DNA of 39,564 bases from contig JALXBF010000162.1 in NCBI GenBank assembly GCA_026991575.1, positions 1 through 39,564 on the forward strand, read 5' to 3'. Positions 8,721 to 18,621 of this stretch are shown in pieces. The translations under genes were made by a program, and so were the position numbers. The DNA is from Planctomycetota bacterium (lineage in GTDB: Bacteria > Planctomycetota > Planctomycetia > JALXBF01). How positions within the stretch are numbered: position 1 is the first letter of the stretch; each line of letters starts with the position of its first letter. A model generated the notes under the pieces. That model was given only the letters and a program-made list of their open reading frames with translations, made no database searches and was not told the origin of the DNA.

Positions 8721-10292
8721 ATGCTGATGAAGGTGCGTGGCTTATGCGGCCTTGGCTTGCTGCTTGCTGTTCTGGCAGGCTGTTCGGTCAGCGTTGACGA
8801 TGCCGTTCCCACGCAGGGCACGGCCGACAGGGCGCCGGCGGAGTCCGGTTCGCGCAGCGGGGTCAACCCTGAATCGCTGCTGGAGAGCGCCATGGAGGTG
8901 CTGCGCTCCACGCGGCCCGGCCCGGACACCTACCATCTAGCCGCGGACCGGTTGAACCACTACTTTCGCACGCGACCGGCGGCCGAGCGGGCCCAGTTCG
9001 CGTTGCCGGAGGTTGTCGAACGGGACCTGAACGCACGGCTGGTGCCGGAGCTCATGGATCGGGTCCGGAGGGCGGAATTCGATGCCGAGGATGCGATCTA
9101 CGTGGCCGGTCTGGTGATGCTGAAGGCCGTTGCGGATCGTGTGGCGGCTGACGAGCACGATGCACTAACCATCGCCACTCGCTTGTTCGACTGGGTCATC
9201 CGCAGCTTGCCCCAATCCCTGCTGGATGCCCGCCGAGAGGTTCCGATTCCTCTGTTGCATGCGCTGGTCGGTGGTCACGCGCGCGGGGGCGAACGAGCGT
9301 GGGCGTTCATCGAACTCCTGCACCAGCAGTACATCGATGCGTGCGTGTTGGCCGTGGAGGTCAAGGGGCAGGAAGGGCAGAGCCGGTGGGTGCCGTGGTG
9401 CGTCGGGGTGGTTGTCGACGAGTCGCTGTACCTGTTCGATCCATGGCGGCTGACTGTGCTGGCCGACCGCGATGGCAGACCGCTGACGCTGGAAGCGGTC
9501 CGCAAAGACCCTGCGGTGCTGGAGCGGCTGTCGGAGGCGATGGGCGGAAACTATCCGGCAACCACTGGCAACATCCAGCGAGTGCTGGCCTGGGTCGGAG
9601 GGCGACCTGAATGCTGGGCACCACGCATGAGACACCTGGAATCGCGGCTAGCGGGCCAGTACCAGGTGGTCCTCACAATGGATCTGCCCAAACTCGTCAG
9701 CAAGATCCGTGCGGCAGGAGGAGAGGCGATCGGCCAGATTGAGCTTTGGCCGCTGCCGAACGACGCTGTGGTCGCAGCACGCACTCGCGAAGGTCAACGA
9801 CTGATCGCACGGCTGCTCGGCCCGCTGGCACTGCCGGCCGTGCAGGAGGCCAGGCTTCTGCACTTGTACGGTGAGCTGGCTCGGGCCCGCGACCTCTACC
9901 TGGAGCTTCGCGAGCCGAAGGTTCGGTTGCCGGAGCTGCCGCCGGAGGCCGAGGCTTTGAGGCAGACAGTGCGCGAGTATGCGACATTCTTTATGGGACA
10001 GCTTAAAGCGGACGAAGGTGACTGGAAGGTCGCGCACAGTTGGTTCACGCGATCGTACCTGAAAAAGTACGGCGATGGCGGCATCTGGTCTGGGGCTGCG
10101 TACCTGGCAGCCGGCCTGTGTCTGGAGCACCTGGACCGACTGGACGAAGCCGTTCAGTGGTACGAGCAGCCGCAGGTGCGCAAGCTCGTGCCAGAGCTCG
10201 CCGCGCGCGCGGCGATATTGAAGGCCCGCCAGGAGTCGGCGCGACAGCCGTCAGATGACGAGACGAAGGCGAACAGACCCTCAAGCGATTGA
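8721..10292 (+). CDS. lipoprotein with transglutaminase-like core and C-terminal TPR-like helices
   Basis: GGAGA RBS at 8713-8717, ATG 8721, lipobox LAGC. Central pattern LFDWV...AFIELL...WCVGV...YLFDP. C-terminal A..AAGLCLEHL....EAVQWY helices. Confidence 0.75.
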   Translation: MLMKVRGLCGLGLLLAVLAGCSVSVDDAVPTQGTADRAPAESGSRSGVNPESLLESAMEVLRSTRPGPDTYHLAADRLNHYFRTRPAAERAQFALPEVVERDLNARLVPELMDRVRRAEFDAEDAIYVAGLVMLKAVADRVAADEHDALTIATRLFDWVIRSLPQSLLDARREVPIPLLHALVGGHARGGERAWAFIELLHQQYIDACVLAVEVKGQEGQSRWVPWCVGVVVDESLYLFDPWRLTVLADRDGRPLTLEAVRKDPAVLERLSEAMGGNYPATTGNIQRVLAWVGGRPECWAPRMRHLESRLAGQYQVVLTMDLPKLVSKIRAAGGEAIGQIELWPLPNDAVVAARTREGQRLIARLLGPLALPAVQEARLLHLYGELARARDLYLELREPKVRLPELPPEAEALRQTVREYATFFMGQLKADEGDWKVAHSWFTRSYLKKYGDGGIWSGAAYLAAGLCLEHLDRLDEAVQWYEQPQVRKLVPELAARAAILKARQESARQPSDDETKANRPSSD

Positions 10293-10371
10293 GTCGCGGG
10301 GCTGGCCGTCTGAGGGGGAACCGGCGACCCGACTCGGATGGCTCGTCTCGAACTCCGCTCCAGGCGCGCGT

Positions 10372-11247
10372 TCAGCAACGTGTCATCGGTGCAACCTCAC
10401 CTGCCGCTCGGCCACGCTCGTCTACCGCGGCGCGAACGCGTAAGAGCTCGCGCACGAGTCCGGGCAATTCCGCCAGCGGTACCATGTTCGGGCCGTCGCT
10501 AAGGGCGCGGTCCGGGTCCGGGTGAGTTTCCAGGAAGATGGCGTCGCAGCCGACCGCGACAGCAGCTCGGGCCAGTGGGCGTACGAAGCGGCGTTCACCG
10601 CCGGACCGATCACCGCTGGCACCCGGCAACTGCACGCTGTGCGTCGCGTCGAAGACGACAGGGGTGCCCAGTTCGGCCATCCAGATCAGCGCACGGAAGT
10701 CGTTGACCAACCGTCCATAGCCGAAGAACGTGCCCCGTTCGGTAACCAGGATCCGGTTGTTGCCAGTTTCCAGGGCCTTGTTCACGGCGTTGGCCATTTC
10801 CCAGGGTGCCATGAACTGGCCCTTTTTCAGGTTCAGCGGCTTGCCCGTCTCGGCTGCAGCAACAATCAGGTCGGTCTGCCGCACCAGGAAGGCGGGAATC
10901 TGCAGTAAGTCAACGGCCGCGGCGGCTGGGGCGGCTTGCTCGGGGAGGTGAATGTCGGTTGTGACCGGTAGTCCGGTGCGTTCGCGTGCACGGGCCAGCA
11001 GCTCAAGGCCTCGCTCCAGGCCCGGGCCGCGGTAGGACCGGATCGACGAGCGGTTTGCCTTGTCGAAGGAAGCTTTGAGCACCGCGGGTACGCCGAGCGA
11101 GTCCCGGATGGCCAGCAGCACGTCGGCCACCCGGGCCAGGAGTTCCTCTGATTCGATCACGCACGGACCGGCAATCAAGGCCAGCGGACGGCCGTGCCCA
11201 ATCGCGACTCCTTCGCCAATGCTCACAGGGTTGGCCGGTGTACTCAT
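10372..11247 (-). CDS. kdsA: 3-deoxy-D-manno-octulosonate 8-phosphate synthase
   Basis: Motifs [52 protein letters not shown] and ETHPDP..ALSDGP. Likely start ATG 11247. Confidence 0.95.
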   Translation of the reverse strand: MSTPANPVSIGEGVAIGHGRPLALIAGPCVIESEELLARVADVLLAIRDSLGVPAVLKASFDKANRSSIRSYRGPGLERGLELLARARERTGLPVTTDIHLPEQAAPAAAAVDLLQIPAFLVRQTDLIVAAAETGKPLNLKKGQFMAPWEMANAVNKALETGNNRILVTERGTFFGYGRLVNDFRALIWMAELGTPVVFDATHSVQLPGASGDRSGGERRFVRPLARAAVAVGCDAIFLETHPDPDRALSDGPNMVPLAELPGLVRELLRVRAAVDERGRAAGEVAPMTRC

Positions 11248-11520
11248 ACGTGGACGCTCACTGGGCCGATCGAGCTGATTCTCCGCGCTCGCCAAGGCTG
11301 TTCAGGGTCCTCTCTTCGTCCTAGCGGTTCTTGTGGTTCGGGGGAAGGGCAGTTTGTGGCGTGCTCGCTGGATGCGTTCTGGCTTCGAGTGAACGCGGTG
11401 TTCCGATTTTGCCGATAGTGCGGATAAGAGAGGATCGTTCGGCTGTAGGGATTGTGGGGCACACCCGGAGACAGTGCCGGAGCATGTCTTAAGGAGACCC
11501 GTGCGACAGGAGGTCTATTG

Positions 11521-13032
11521 ATGCGAGTGGTACGCATAGCCGTGGGAGCGTTGGCTGTCGCCTGCTTCTCAGCGTCGCCACTGCCGGCACAGCAGTCAGG
11601 GCAGCCGGCAAAGGTCGACGAGGCCGTAAGTGCAAGCCCCGACGTGCAAGCCCTGATCGAGCGACTGGAGAAGGCTGAGGCCGAGATTGCTCGACTCAAG
11701 CAGCAGCTGAAAGAAAAGGAGACGGCTGGCTCGGAGGCCGGTCCAGCCACCTTGTACGGCCCGTCTGCCGTGCAGCAGGCAAGCATGCCGACGATGGCCG
11801 GGGTACAAGAGCGGTTGCGGATTCTGGAGGAGAAGTGGCGGGCGTTTGAGGCGAGCCATACGGCGGCAGGCTCTTCGTCGTCATCGTCGCGGCCGAGCGT
11901 GAAGGTAGGTGGCCGCATCATGATCGACGCGGCGCTCTTTCATCAGGACTCCGTGAACCGACTCACGGTCGGAGACATCGAGGACGGTGCTGATTTCCGC
12001 CGCGTGCGTATGAAGGTTGAGGGGGACCTGCTCGAGACGACCAGCTACCGCGTCGAGATGGATTTTGCCGGCAGCGGTCGGCCCTCGTTCACCGACGTCT
12101 GGATCGGCTGGCGCGACGTCCCGTTGCTCGGGCATGTCAAGGTTGGTCATTTCAAGGAACCGTTCAGCTTGGAGGAGTTGACCAGCAGCCGGTTCATCAC
12201 GTTCATGGAGCGGTCGCTGCCGAACGCGTTTGCCCCGGCGCGTAACATCGGCATCATGGCGTACGACTACACGCCTGACCTGTGCTGGACGTACGCGATC
12301 GGCTGGTTCCGCACCGCCAGTGATGCGTGGGGGGACGATGTTGGTGACGATGGTGAGCAGTCGGTGACCGCTCGCGTCACTTACAACCCGGTTTACGGCG
12401 ACGATGGCCGGTACGTGGTCCACGTCGGTGCTGCATACAGCTACCGCAATGCGGACGAGGGCGCGTTCCGCTGGCGTCAGCGGCCCGAAGTTCGGATGGC
12501 TGCGGCGGGCGAAGGTGCCGTGCCACGATTCGTAGACACCGGCGTGATCCCATCGATCGAGGCACACCTGATCGGGCTTGAGGCGGCCATCGTCTATGGG
12601 CCGTTTTCGGTTCAGAGCGAGTTGATGTATGTGCCGACCAATCAGATCGGCACCGGCGCCGATCCGGTATTCACCGGCATGTACGTGTACGCGAGTTACT
12701 TCCTCACGGGCGAGAGTCGCACGTACGATCGCAAGCATGGTTACTTCGGCCGCGTGCGCCCGAATCAGGACTTCCTGGTGGTGACCCGTGATGGCTGCAC
12801 GGCTTGGGAAGGGCTCGGCGCATGGGAAGTGGCTCTGCGATGGAGCTACCTCGATCTGAACGATGAGGCGATCCTAGGTGGCCGGCTTCACGATGTGACC
12901 TTCGGCGTGAACTGGTACCTGAACGCTTACACCCGGATCATGTTCAACTACATCCACGCGTTCCTGGACGATCCGGTCTTTGACGACAGCGACGCGGATA
13001 TCTTCGCGATGCGTGCTCAGATTGACTTCTAG
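11521..13032 (+). CDS. OprO/OprP-family phosphate-selective porin
   Basis: AGGAGG RBS at 11508-11513, signal peptide and N-terminal coiled coil. Motifs GADFRRVR, GHFKEPFSLEELTSSRFITFMERS and GVNWYLN. Ends in C-terminal Phe (QIDF). Confidence 0.9.
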   Translation: MRVVRIAVGALAVACFSASPLPAQQSGQPAKVDEAVSASPDVQALIERLEKAEAEIARLKQQLKEKETAGSEAGPATLYGPSAVQQASMPTMAGVQERLRILEEKWRAFEASHTAAGSSSSSSRPSVKVGGRIMIDAALFHQDSVNRLTVGDIEDGADFRRVRMKVEGDLLETTSYRVEMDFAGSGRPSFTDVWIGWRDVPLLGHVKVGHFKEPFSLEELTSSRFITFMERSLPNAFAPARNIGIMAYDYTPDLCWTYAIGWFRTASDAWGDDVGDDGEQSVTARVTYNPVYGDDGRYVVHVGAAYSYRNADEGAFRWRQRPEVRMAAAGEGAVPRFVDTGVIPSIEAHLIGLEAAIVYGPFSVQSELMYVPTNQIGTGADPVFTGMYVYASYFLTGESRTYDRKHGYFGRVRPNQDFLVVTRDGCTAWEGLGAWEVALRWSYLDLNDEAILGGRLHDVTFGVNWYLNAYTRIMFNYIHAFLDDPVFDDSDADIFAMRAQIDF

Positions 13033-13059
13033 CTCTGCCCTACAGCCCGACGCCCTGAT

Positions 13060-13093
13060 GACGCCCCGGTCAGCCCCACCGGGGCGTCTTCTC
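13060..13093 (+). terminator. terminator-like hairpin after the porin gene
   Basis: Perfect 11-bp stem GACGCCCCGGT (13060-13070) / ACCGGGGCGTC (13078-13088) with a 7-nt loop and a short pyrimidine tail TTCTC. Confidence 0.6.
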
Positions 13094-13298
13094 ACAGGCG
13101 CTGCGGCGCCGGCACACGCGTGCCGCGTCCGCGGGACCCTACGGCGCCATTGCCGAGAACCGCGCCACCGGGACGCGCGCAGGCGGTGGAACAACCCTCA
13201 TCCGTAATTCGGCCTTGCAGGCCGCAGGGCAGGCTGGCAACATGACGCGCAACAGCAGTCACGTCCCGGCGACGATTGATCGCGGAGAAGCACGCTCA

Positions 13299-13874
13299 AT
13301 GCACCCGGGTAAACGATCCCTGCTGCTTACCCTGGCCTGCTGCCTTGCAGCCGGTTGCGTGTCGGCCCCACCGGTTGCGGTGCCGAACCCGATCACCGTA
13401 CGCGCTCGGTCCTTCGAGCAGGTCTGGAACACGACGGTCCAGGTGCTGGACGAGTACTTCGACATTGCCAAGGAAGACCGCGTGACCGGCCGCATCGAGA
13501 CCAAGCCTCAAGTGGCGGCGACCCTGCTGGAGCCATGGCGGCGTGACAGCCTGGACTGGCACGATCGGCTGGAGGCGACGCTCCAGAGCGAGCGGCGCCG
13601 GGCGATCGCCACCGTGCGTGAAGTGGCACCGGGACAGTACGCTGTGACGATCGAAGTGTACAAGGAGCTCGAGGACCTGCCCGTGCCGGTCCGAAGTCCA
13701 ACGGGCCATGCACTCTTTCGCAGTGAGCCGACGCTGCACCGCGAGTATGCCGTGGTGACGGGAGAGCCCGTTTCGTCCAACTGGGTCAACCTCGGTCGCG
13801 ATTGGAAGCTCGAAGCCCAGATCCTCGCCGACCTCAGTATGCGCCTGGGCCACACGCCGCCCCCCTCTCCGTAG
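13299..13874 (+). CDS. hypothetical lipoprotein
   Basis: GGAGA upstream, ATG 13299, signal MHPGKRSLLLTLACCLAAG-C. Globular alpha/beta body FEQVWNTTVQVL...DRVTGRIET. Confidence 0.75.
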   Translation: MHPGKRSLLLTLACCLAAGCVSAPPVAVPNPITVRARSFEQVWNTTVQVLDEYFDIAKEDRVTGRIETKPQVAATLLEPWRRDSLDWHDRLEATLQSERRRAIATVREVAPGQYAVTIEVYKELEDLPVPVRSPTGHALFRSEPTLHREYAVVTGEPVSSNWVNLGRDWKLEAQILADLSMRLGHTPPPSP

Positions 13875-14050
13875 TCGTCCTCTGGCGGTCACACATCCGG
13901 GCTGCGCGAAGACTCGGTCCATCGTGCGCCAGAAGGCCCCCCGCCATCCAGCCCGCGCGCACGTCACCCAGCTGTGTGCCGGACCACCATGCCGTCGCCC
14001 GTGTTAAACTAGGGAAGTTGGGGGTAATGCAGCGTGACGGAGGCAACGCA

Positions 14051-15103
14051 ATGAGGCAGCTGACCCGTAGAGGCTTCCTGACAGCGGTGGCAGCGGCCGG
14101 CGGCGCAACGGCGCTTGCCCAACAGGTCGGCAGGCGGTACGGTCCCGGCGCCGAACCAGTCCGGTACCCGGATCCGGATATCGTCGTGCTGGACAAGCGG
14201 TTCGCTCGGTACAAGATCGGCAACACGCCGATCCGACGGCTCCATACGGGCATGCTCTGGGCGGAAGGGCCGGCGTGGAACGGGGTGGGTCGGTACCTGG
14301 TGTGGAGCGACATCCCTAACGACCGACAGTTGCGATGGCTTGAAGAGGACGGCCACGTTAGCGTGTTCCGGCAGCCGGCGGGCAATTCCAACGGGAACAC
14401 GTTTGACCTGCAGGGGCGACAGATCTCCTGTGAACACCTCAACCGCCGTGTCGTTCGCTACGAGTACGACGGGACGGTTACCGTGCTGGCCGACTCCTGG
14501 CAGGGCAAGCCGCTGAATGCCCCCAACGACGTCGTTGTCCACCCGGATGGGTCGATCTGGTTCACGGACCCGGGCTACGGCAGTTTGGGCGACTACGAAG
14601 GGAAACGCCGGCCGCTAGAACTGAAGGAGGCCGTCTACCGAATCGATCCGCGCCAGGGCAAGATGGAGCTGGTAACCGATGAGATCTACAAGCCGAACGG
14701 CCTGTGCTTTTCGCCCGACTACAAGAAGCTCTACGTTGCGGACACCGGCGCGTCGCACTATCCGGAGGCCGAGAAGATCATTAAGGTCTGGGACGTAGTG
14801 GACGGCAGGTTGCGCAACGGTCGCGTCTTCACGTCGATGGAGTACGAAGGCAAGGCGGGCCTGGCGGATGGCATCCGCTGTGACATCGACGGGAATCTCT
14901 GGGCCTCGGCCGGTTGGGTCGGTCCGGGCTACGACGGCGTGCACGTGTTCGCGCCAAACGGCGACCGGATCGGCATGATCCTGTTACCGGAAATCTGCTC
15001 GAACGTCTGTTTTGGCGGTCGCAAGCGCAACCGTCTGTTCATGACGGCGAGCCAGTCGCTGTATGCCGTGTACGTTGAGACCAAAGGGGCTCATTTCTGC
15101 TGA
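14051..15103 (+). CDS. SMP-30/gluconolactonase family protein, Tat-exported
   Basis: GGAGG RBS, TRRGFL Tat motif. Motifs WAEGPAW, SNGNTFD, LNAPNDVVV, PNGLCFSPD and ADGIRCDIDGNLW. Confidence 0.92.
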   Translation: MRQLTRRGFLTAVAAAGGATALAQQVGRRYGPGAEPVRYPDPDIVVLDKRFARYKIGNTPIRRLHTGMLWAEGPAWNGVGRYLVWSDIPNDRQLRWLEEDGHVSVFRQPAGNSNGNTFDLQGRQISCEHLNRRVVRYEYDGTVTVLADSWQGKPLNAPNDVVVHPDGSIWFTDPGYGSLGDYEGKRRPLELKEAVYRIDPRQGKMELVTDEIYKPNGLCFSPDYKKLYVADTGASHYPEAEKIIKVWDVVDGRLRNGRVFTSMEYEGKAGLADGIRCDIDGNLWASAGWVGPGYDGVHVFAPNGDRIGMILLPEICSNVCFGGRKRNRLFMTASQSLYAVYVETKGAHFC

Positions 15104-16575
15104 GCGTCCCGTGTGGGCCGAGGCGGCAGTGGCCAGAGCTGATTGCCTTCGCCGTCGAGCAAAACGGTGGCCTTGCCGCAGACTGCTCGCCGGGCGAGGT
15201 GTTCCAGGTAAAACAGCGTAGGCTCGACAATGTGCTGGTTGTTCAACAGCGGCTCGGTGTATCGAATCGCACCGTAGCGTGCCCGGTTGATGTGGTGCTG
15301 CTGACCGACGTGGTTGTTCCAGTCGACGCCTTCGGTCAGGAAGCCGTAGGGGCCGTAGTGGTGTAAGGCACAAGCACGGAGGATGGTCAGGCCGTCGAGC
15401 TCGTAGGTGAACGCCTCTCGTGGACGCCCTCGCCGGCTGAGATCATGGGCTGCTTCGAAGTACGCCAGAGCCGCCTCGGCGTTCTCCCATAGGTAGGCTG
15501 TGTCCCAGCTCCGCTCCATAAACAGCAGCCCGCGCGTCTGGACGCCGTTGCGGTTCTCGCACATCTTGAACCCGTCCAGCGGACGCAGGCAGTACTCGTA
15601 GGCGTAACGCCGCAGCTCTCCACCCCCCAGAAGCTCAGCAGCACGCAGGATCGTACGGAATGCCACCGCGTAAGCGACGTTCTCGTGCGCGTCGTACGTG
15701 TCATGGTTGATGCTGCCGAAGAAGCCGCCGTTGGCAACGAAGGTCTTAAGCTTGGTTTCGATCAAGCCGCGGTAGTCGGCCAGACCACGACGGGTAAGCT
15801 CAACGTTCAGTAGCACGATGAACAGCCCGTCGGCTGACGTTTGCCAGAACGGGTCCGGGCCGCCAGTGGGCGACTGCCTGTAGACTGCGCCGTCCGGCGT
15901 ACAACGCCGCGGATACCAGCCGTTCGGCGTGCTCTGCAGCTTTTCGTTAAGCCAGCGACCACAGCGCACGGCGGCCTCAATCAACCGCTGGCGCCTCGGG
16001 CTGGCCTGCGGCAGGTCATCGGCAAATTGCAGCATTTGCACGGCAACCCGGGCCATGGATCCGGGACAGAACCAGTCGGAGTTGTGCTTGTAGTTCAGGC
16101 AGAACTGACCCGTGCGCAGGTCATGGTAGGGGAGGATCAGGCCGTTGGGCTTGATGAAACCGTGGTTGAGAACGTGGTCAAGCAAACGGAGTGCTTTTTG
16201 TTCCCAGTCCTGCCGCCCAACCCAGCGGCCCAACCGGTAGATCTCCCACGCGCCGCCTACGGCGTTGGCCGCCCAGCCAGGCCCCTCGAGCGTACCGAAA
16301 TCATGCCAGTCCATTGGGCGGCCCGTGGGGTCGACGAAGCTGGAGTTGGCGCGCAGACCGCCGCATGAGCACGGCACCAGGCAACGCTCCACCGTGAAGC
16401 GCACCGAATCGATAGCCGAGTGTACGATGGTGTAGGGTGCGGCTTCACGGTAGAAAGCGTCTGGCAATCCCGGTGGCGGCTCCGGCGGAGCAGAGCTCCG
16501 GTCCGACGCAACTAGCGCGGGCGCAAGCAGTGCAAGGACGACAAACGGCAGGGCCATCCGGGATCGTCGAGCCAT
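15091..16575 (-). CDS. secreted hypothetical protein, possibly an (alpha/alpha)-toroid glycoside hydrolase-like enzyme
   Basis: 494-aa ORF with a signal peptide and repeated amphipathic helices separated by aromatic/Gly loops. Its stop overlaps the convergent gluconolactonase gene. The fold is an inference. Confidence 0.65.
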   Translation of the reverse strand: MARRSRMALPFVVLALLAPALVASDRSSAPPEPPPGLPDAFYREAAPYTIVHSAIDSVRFTVERCLVPCSCGGLRANSSFVDPTGRPMDWHDFGTLEGPGWAANAVGGAWEIYRLGRWVGRQDWEQKALRLLDHVLNHGFIKPNGLILPYHDLRTGQFCLNYKHNSDWFCPGSMARVAVQMLQFADDLPQASPRRQRLIEAAVRCGRWLNEKLQSTPNGWYPRRCTPDGAVYRQSPTGGPDPFWQTSADGLFIVLLNVELTRRGLADYRGLIETKLKTFVANGGFFGSINHDTYDAHENVAYAVAFRTILRAAELLGGGELRRYAYEYCLRPLDGFKMCENRNGVQTRGLLFMERSWDTAYLWENAEAALAYFEAAHDLSRRGRPREAFTYELDGLTILRACALHHYGPYGFLTEGVDWNNHVGQQHHINRARYGAIRYTEPLLNNQHIVEPTLFYLEHLARRAVCGKATVLLDGEGNQLWPLPPRPTRDAQQK

Positions 16576-16704
16576 GGCCTGGTCCTAAGCATCAAGCGAG
16601 CTGGTTCGCGCGGCCGATATCAGTAACGGATTCTCTTCCTGGCGTGAGGGCCGTATTCCGTTGGCACGTCACGGTCGTCCCTATCTTACCAGCCTGGAGG
16701 AAGC

Positions 16705-17466
16705 ATGGACGCAGCAACGCAGACGGTCGTGGAGGAAGGCGGTAACGCAGCTCTCTTGCAGCTCCAGCGGTTGGCCTCACTTGGCCTACTCAGCAGCTCA
16801 CTGGCACACGAGTTCAACAATTTCTTTACCACGATCATCAACACAGCTCAGTTGTTGGCGGCCGACGAGCCGGACGAGCGTCGACGCCGCTCACTGGAGC
16901 GAATCCTCCGATCAGCGAGGCGAGCGGCGGAGTTGTCCAAGGCGATTCTCGGCTACGCCCGCGGCGACGGCCATGATGCGGAACACAGCTGCGATGCGGC
17001 TGCGGTGCTCGATGACGTGATGCTGCTGGTTCGCAAGGAGCTGCAGAAACACGGCGTTCGCGCCGAAGTGGACGTCGCGCCGTGCCCGCCGGTGTCAGCC
17101 AGCGCGGCCGCTCTCCAGCAGATCCTGCTCAACCTCGTCCTGAACGCGTGCCAGGCGATGCCCGACGGCGGGACGGTGCGCGTTGCGGTGCGACCGCTGC
17201 GCGGCCGGCGTACCGTCGAGCTGGTGGTGGAGGACACTGGGGTCGGGATCCCGAAGGAGAAGCTGCGCCGCGTGTTCGATCCGTTCTTCTCGACCAAGAC
17301 CGGCTCGACGAGCGGCCGATCTGGCACCGGGCTGGGGCTGGCCGTTTGCCGCGAACTGGTGCTGGCGGCAGGGGGGCGGATCCGGGTGGAGAGCAAGCTC
17401 GGCGTGGGCACGCGGTTCATCATCCGCTTACCCGCGCTGCCGAACGGCGAGCGCCGCGTGGCATGA
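16705..17466 (+). CDS. histidine kinase (HisKA + HATPase_c only)
   Basis: GGAGGA RBS. H-box LAHEFNN, N-box QILLNLVLNA, G1 VEDTGVGI, F-box VFDPFFSTK, G2 GTGLGL. Confidence 0.92.
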   Translation: MDAATQTVVEEGGNAALLQLQRLASLGLLSSSLAHEFNNFFTTIINTAQLLAADEPDERRRRSLERILRSARRAAELSKAILGYARGDGHDAEHSCDAAAVLDDVMLLVRKELQKHGVRAEVDVAPCPPVSASAAALQQILLNLVLNACQAMPDGGTVRVAVRPLRGRRTVELVVEDTGVGIPKEKLRRVFDPFFSTKTGSTSGRSGTGLGLAVCRELVLAAGGRIRVESKLGVGTRFIIRLPALPNGERRVA

Positions 17467-17665
17467 TTACCCCCTCGCACACGGACGCGACACACGCGTG
17501 ATCGCCTCGATCAGGCGACCGGCCGCTTGGCACGGTCGACCGCACGATCCCGCGGCAGGCGATCGCGAGATAGTCCCAGCCGCGCTGATGGTGGCGATCC
17601 CGTGTCGAGCCGCCGGGGGGAGCGATCGGCAGTAGCGCTTAGTCGCGTCCCAGAGCCCTGGCTGG

Positions 17666-17694
17666 TTGCCGTTAACACTGGCAGTCCATAGAAT
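17666..17694 (+). promoter_or_regulatory. sigma70-type promoter for the tRNA
   Basis: TTGCCG (17666-17671), 17-nt spacer, TAGAAT (17689-17694). Ends 17 nt upstream of the tRNA. Confidence 0.6.
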
Positions 17695-17711
17695 CAGGTG
17701 GCTTCTTCGCT

Positions 17712-17786
17712 CGGGGCGTAGCGCAGTCTGGTTAGCGCGCTAGAATGGGGTTCTAGAGGTCCCGGGTTCGAATCCCGGCGCCCCGA
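17712..17786 (+). tRNA. tRNA-Pro (GGG), CCA not encoded
   Basis: Acceptor stem CGGGGCG/CGCCCCG, D arm GCGC...GCGC, anticodon arm CTAGA-ATGGGGT-TCTAG, T arm CCGGG-TTCGAAT-CCCGG, discriminator A followed by CTC. Confidence 0.97.
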
Positions 17787-17919
17787 CTCCTTACCCTGTC
17801 GCGGCCGTCGTCTGGACGCGGCGCTGGCGTGTGCGGAGCATCGCGCGCCGCGCTGGTCCGGCCGACGGCGCCGCTGCCATCGGTTCGCGAGCCACTCGGC
17901 CTTCTTCGCTGTCCGTTCC

Positions 17920-18621
17920 TCATCTGCCGTGCCGGCTGTTCCGACGCCAGACCTGGAACAGACGATGCCGGTAGTTGCCGATCGGTTCCAGATCGTGGAC
18001 TTCGGCCGCCAGTCCGTGCTGGCGCAGCTCGTCAGGGAACCGGTCTGCGGTGAACCGGCACGGGTCGACCAGATAGGCAACGCCCGACTCGGTCAGTAGG
18101 CGATCCAGGCAGGAAGCCACAAGCTGTGGGTAGTGGGGCTCATAGAGCACGTCGGCAGCGAGCACCACGGGAAACTGCGGCTCCTGGGGCGGGCGTCGCC
18201 AGTCGAAGCATAGCGCTCGGACGCGCAGCCCATTGCGACGTGCACTGGCCGAGACGGCTGCCAGGGCGGCACGACTGTGATCGTTCACGGTGACGCGGGC
18301 TCCCAGTGCGGCTGCCACAAGCCCAACCAGGCCCAGTCCACAGCCTAGCTCCAGGACCCGGTGCCCGCGGACGAGCTCGGGCCGGGCCACCAGCCACCGC
18401 GCCAGCGCCTCAGACGACGACCAGCTATAAGCCCAGTAGGGCATGTAGTCCGCCTCGTCACTGGCGCGCAGTGTGCCGGGGTCGCCCAGGAGCCGATCCG
18501 GGTCTGACGGGGCCACCAGCCACAGCTCTAGCAGACCGACCTGCGCACGGTGCCAGGTCCACTGGGCCGGCGCAAGCTCCGGCGGTTTGAGCTCTTCTTC
18601 AATCCAGTGTTCCTCCAGCAT
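17920..18621 (-). CDS. class I SAM-dependent methyltransferase (Methyltransf_16 / protein-lysine MTase-like)
   Basis: Motifs PYWAYSWSSSEALA, VLELGCGLGLVG and VLAADVLYE. Likely start ATG 18621. Confidence 0.88.
   Translation of the reverse strand: MLEEHWIEEELKPPELAPAQWTWHRAQVGLLELWLVAPSDPDRLLGDPGTLRASDEADYMPYWAYSWSSSEALARWLVARPELVRGHRVLELGCGLGLVGLVAAALGARVTVNDHSRAALAAVSASARRNGLRVRALCFDWRRPPQEPQFPVVLAADVLYEPHYPQLVASCLDRLLTESGVAYLVDPCRFTADRFPDELRQHGLAAEVHDLEPIGNYRHRLFQVWRRNSRHGR

Noticed and set aside
17712..17786. tRNA-Pro as an integration site for an island
   Set aside because: I saw no duplicated tRNA 3' end and no integrase in the window. The flanking genes look chromosomal.
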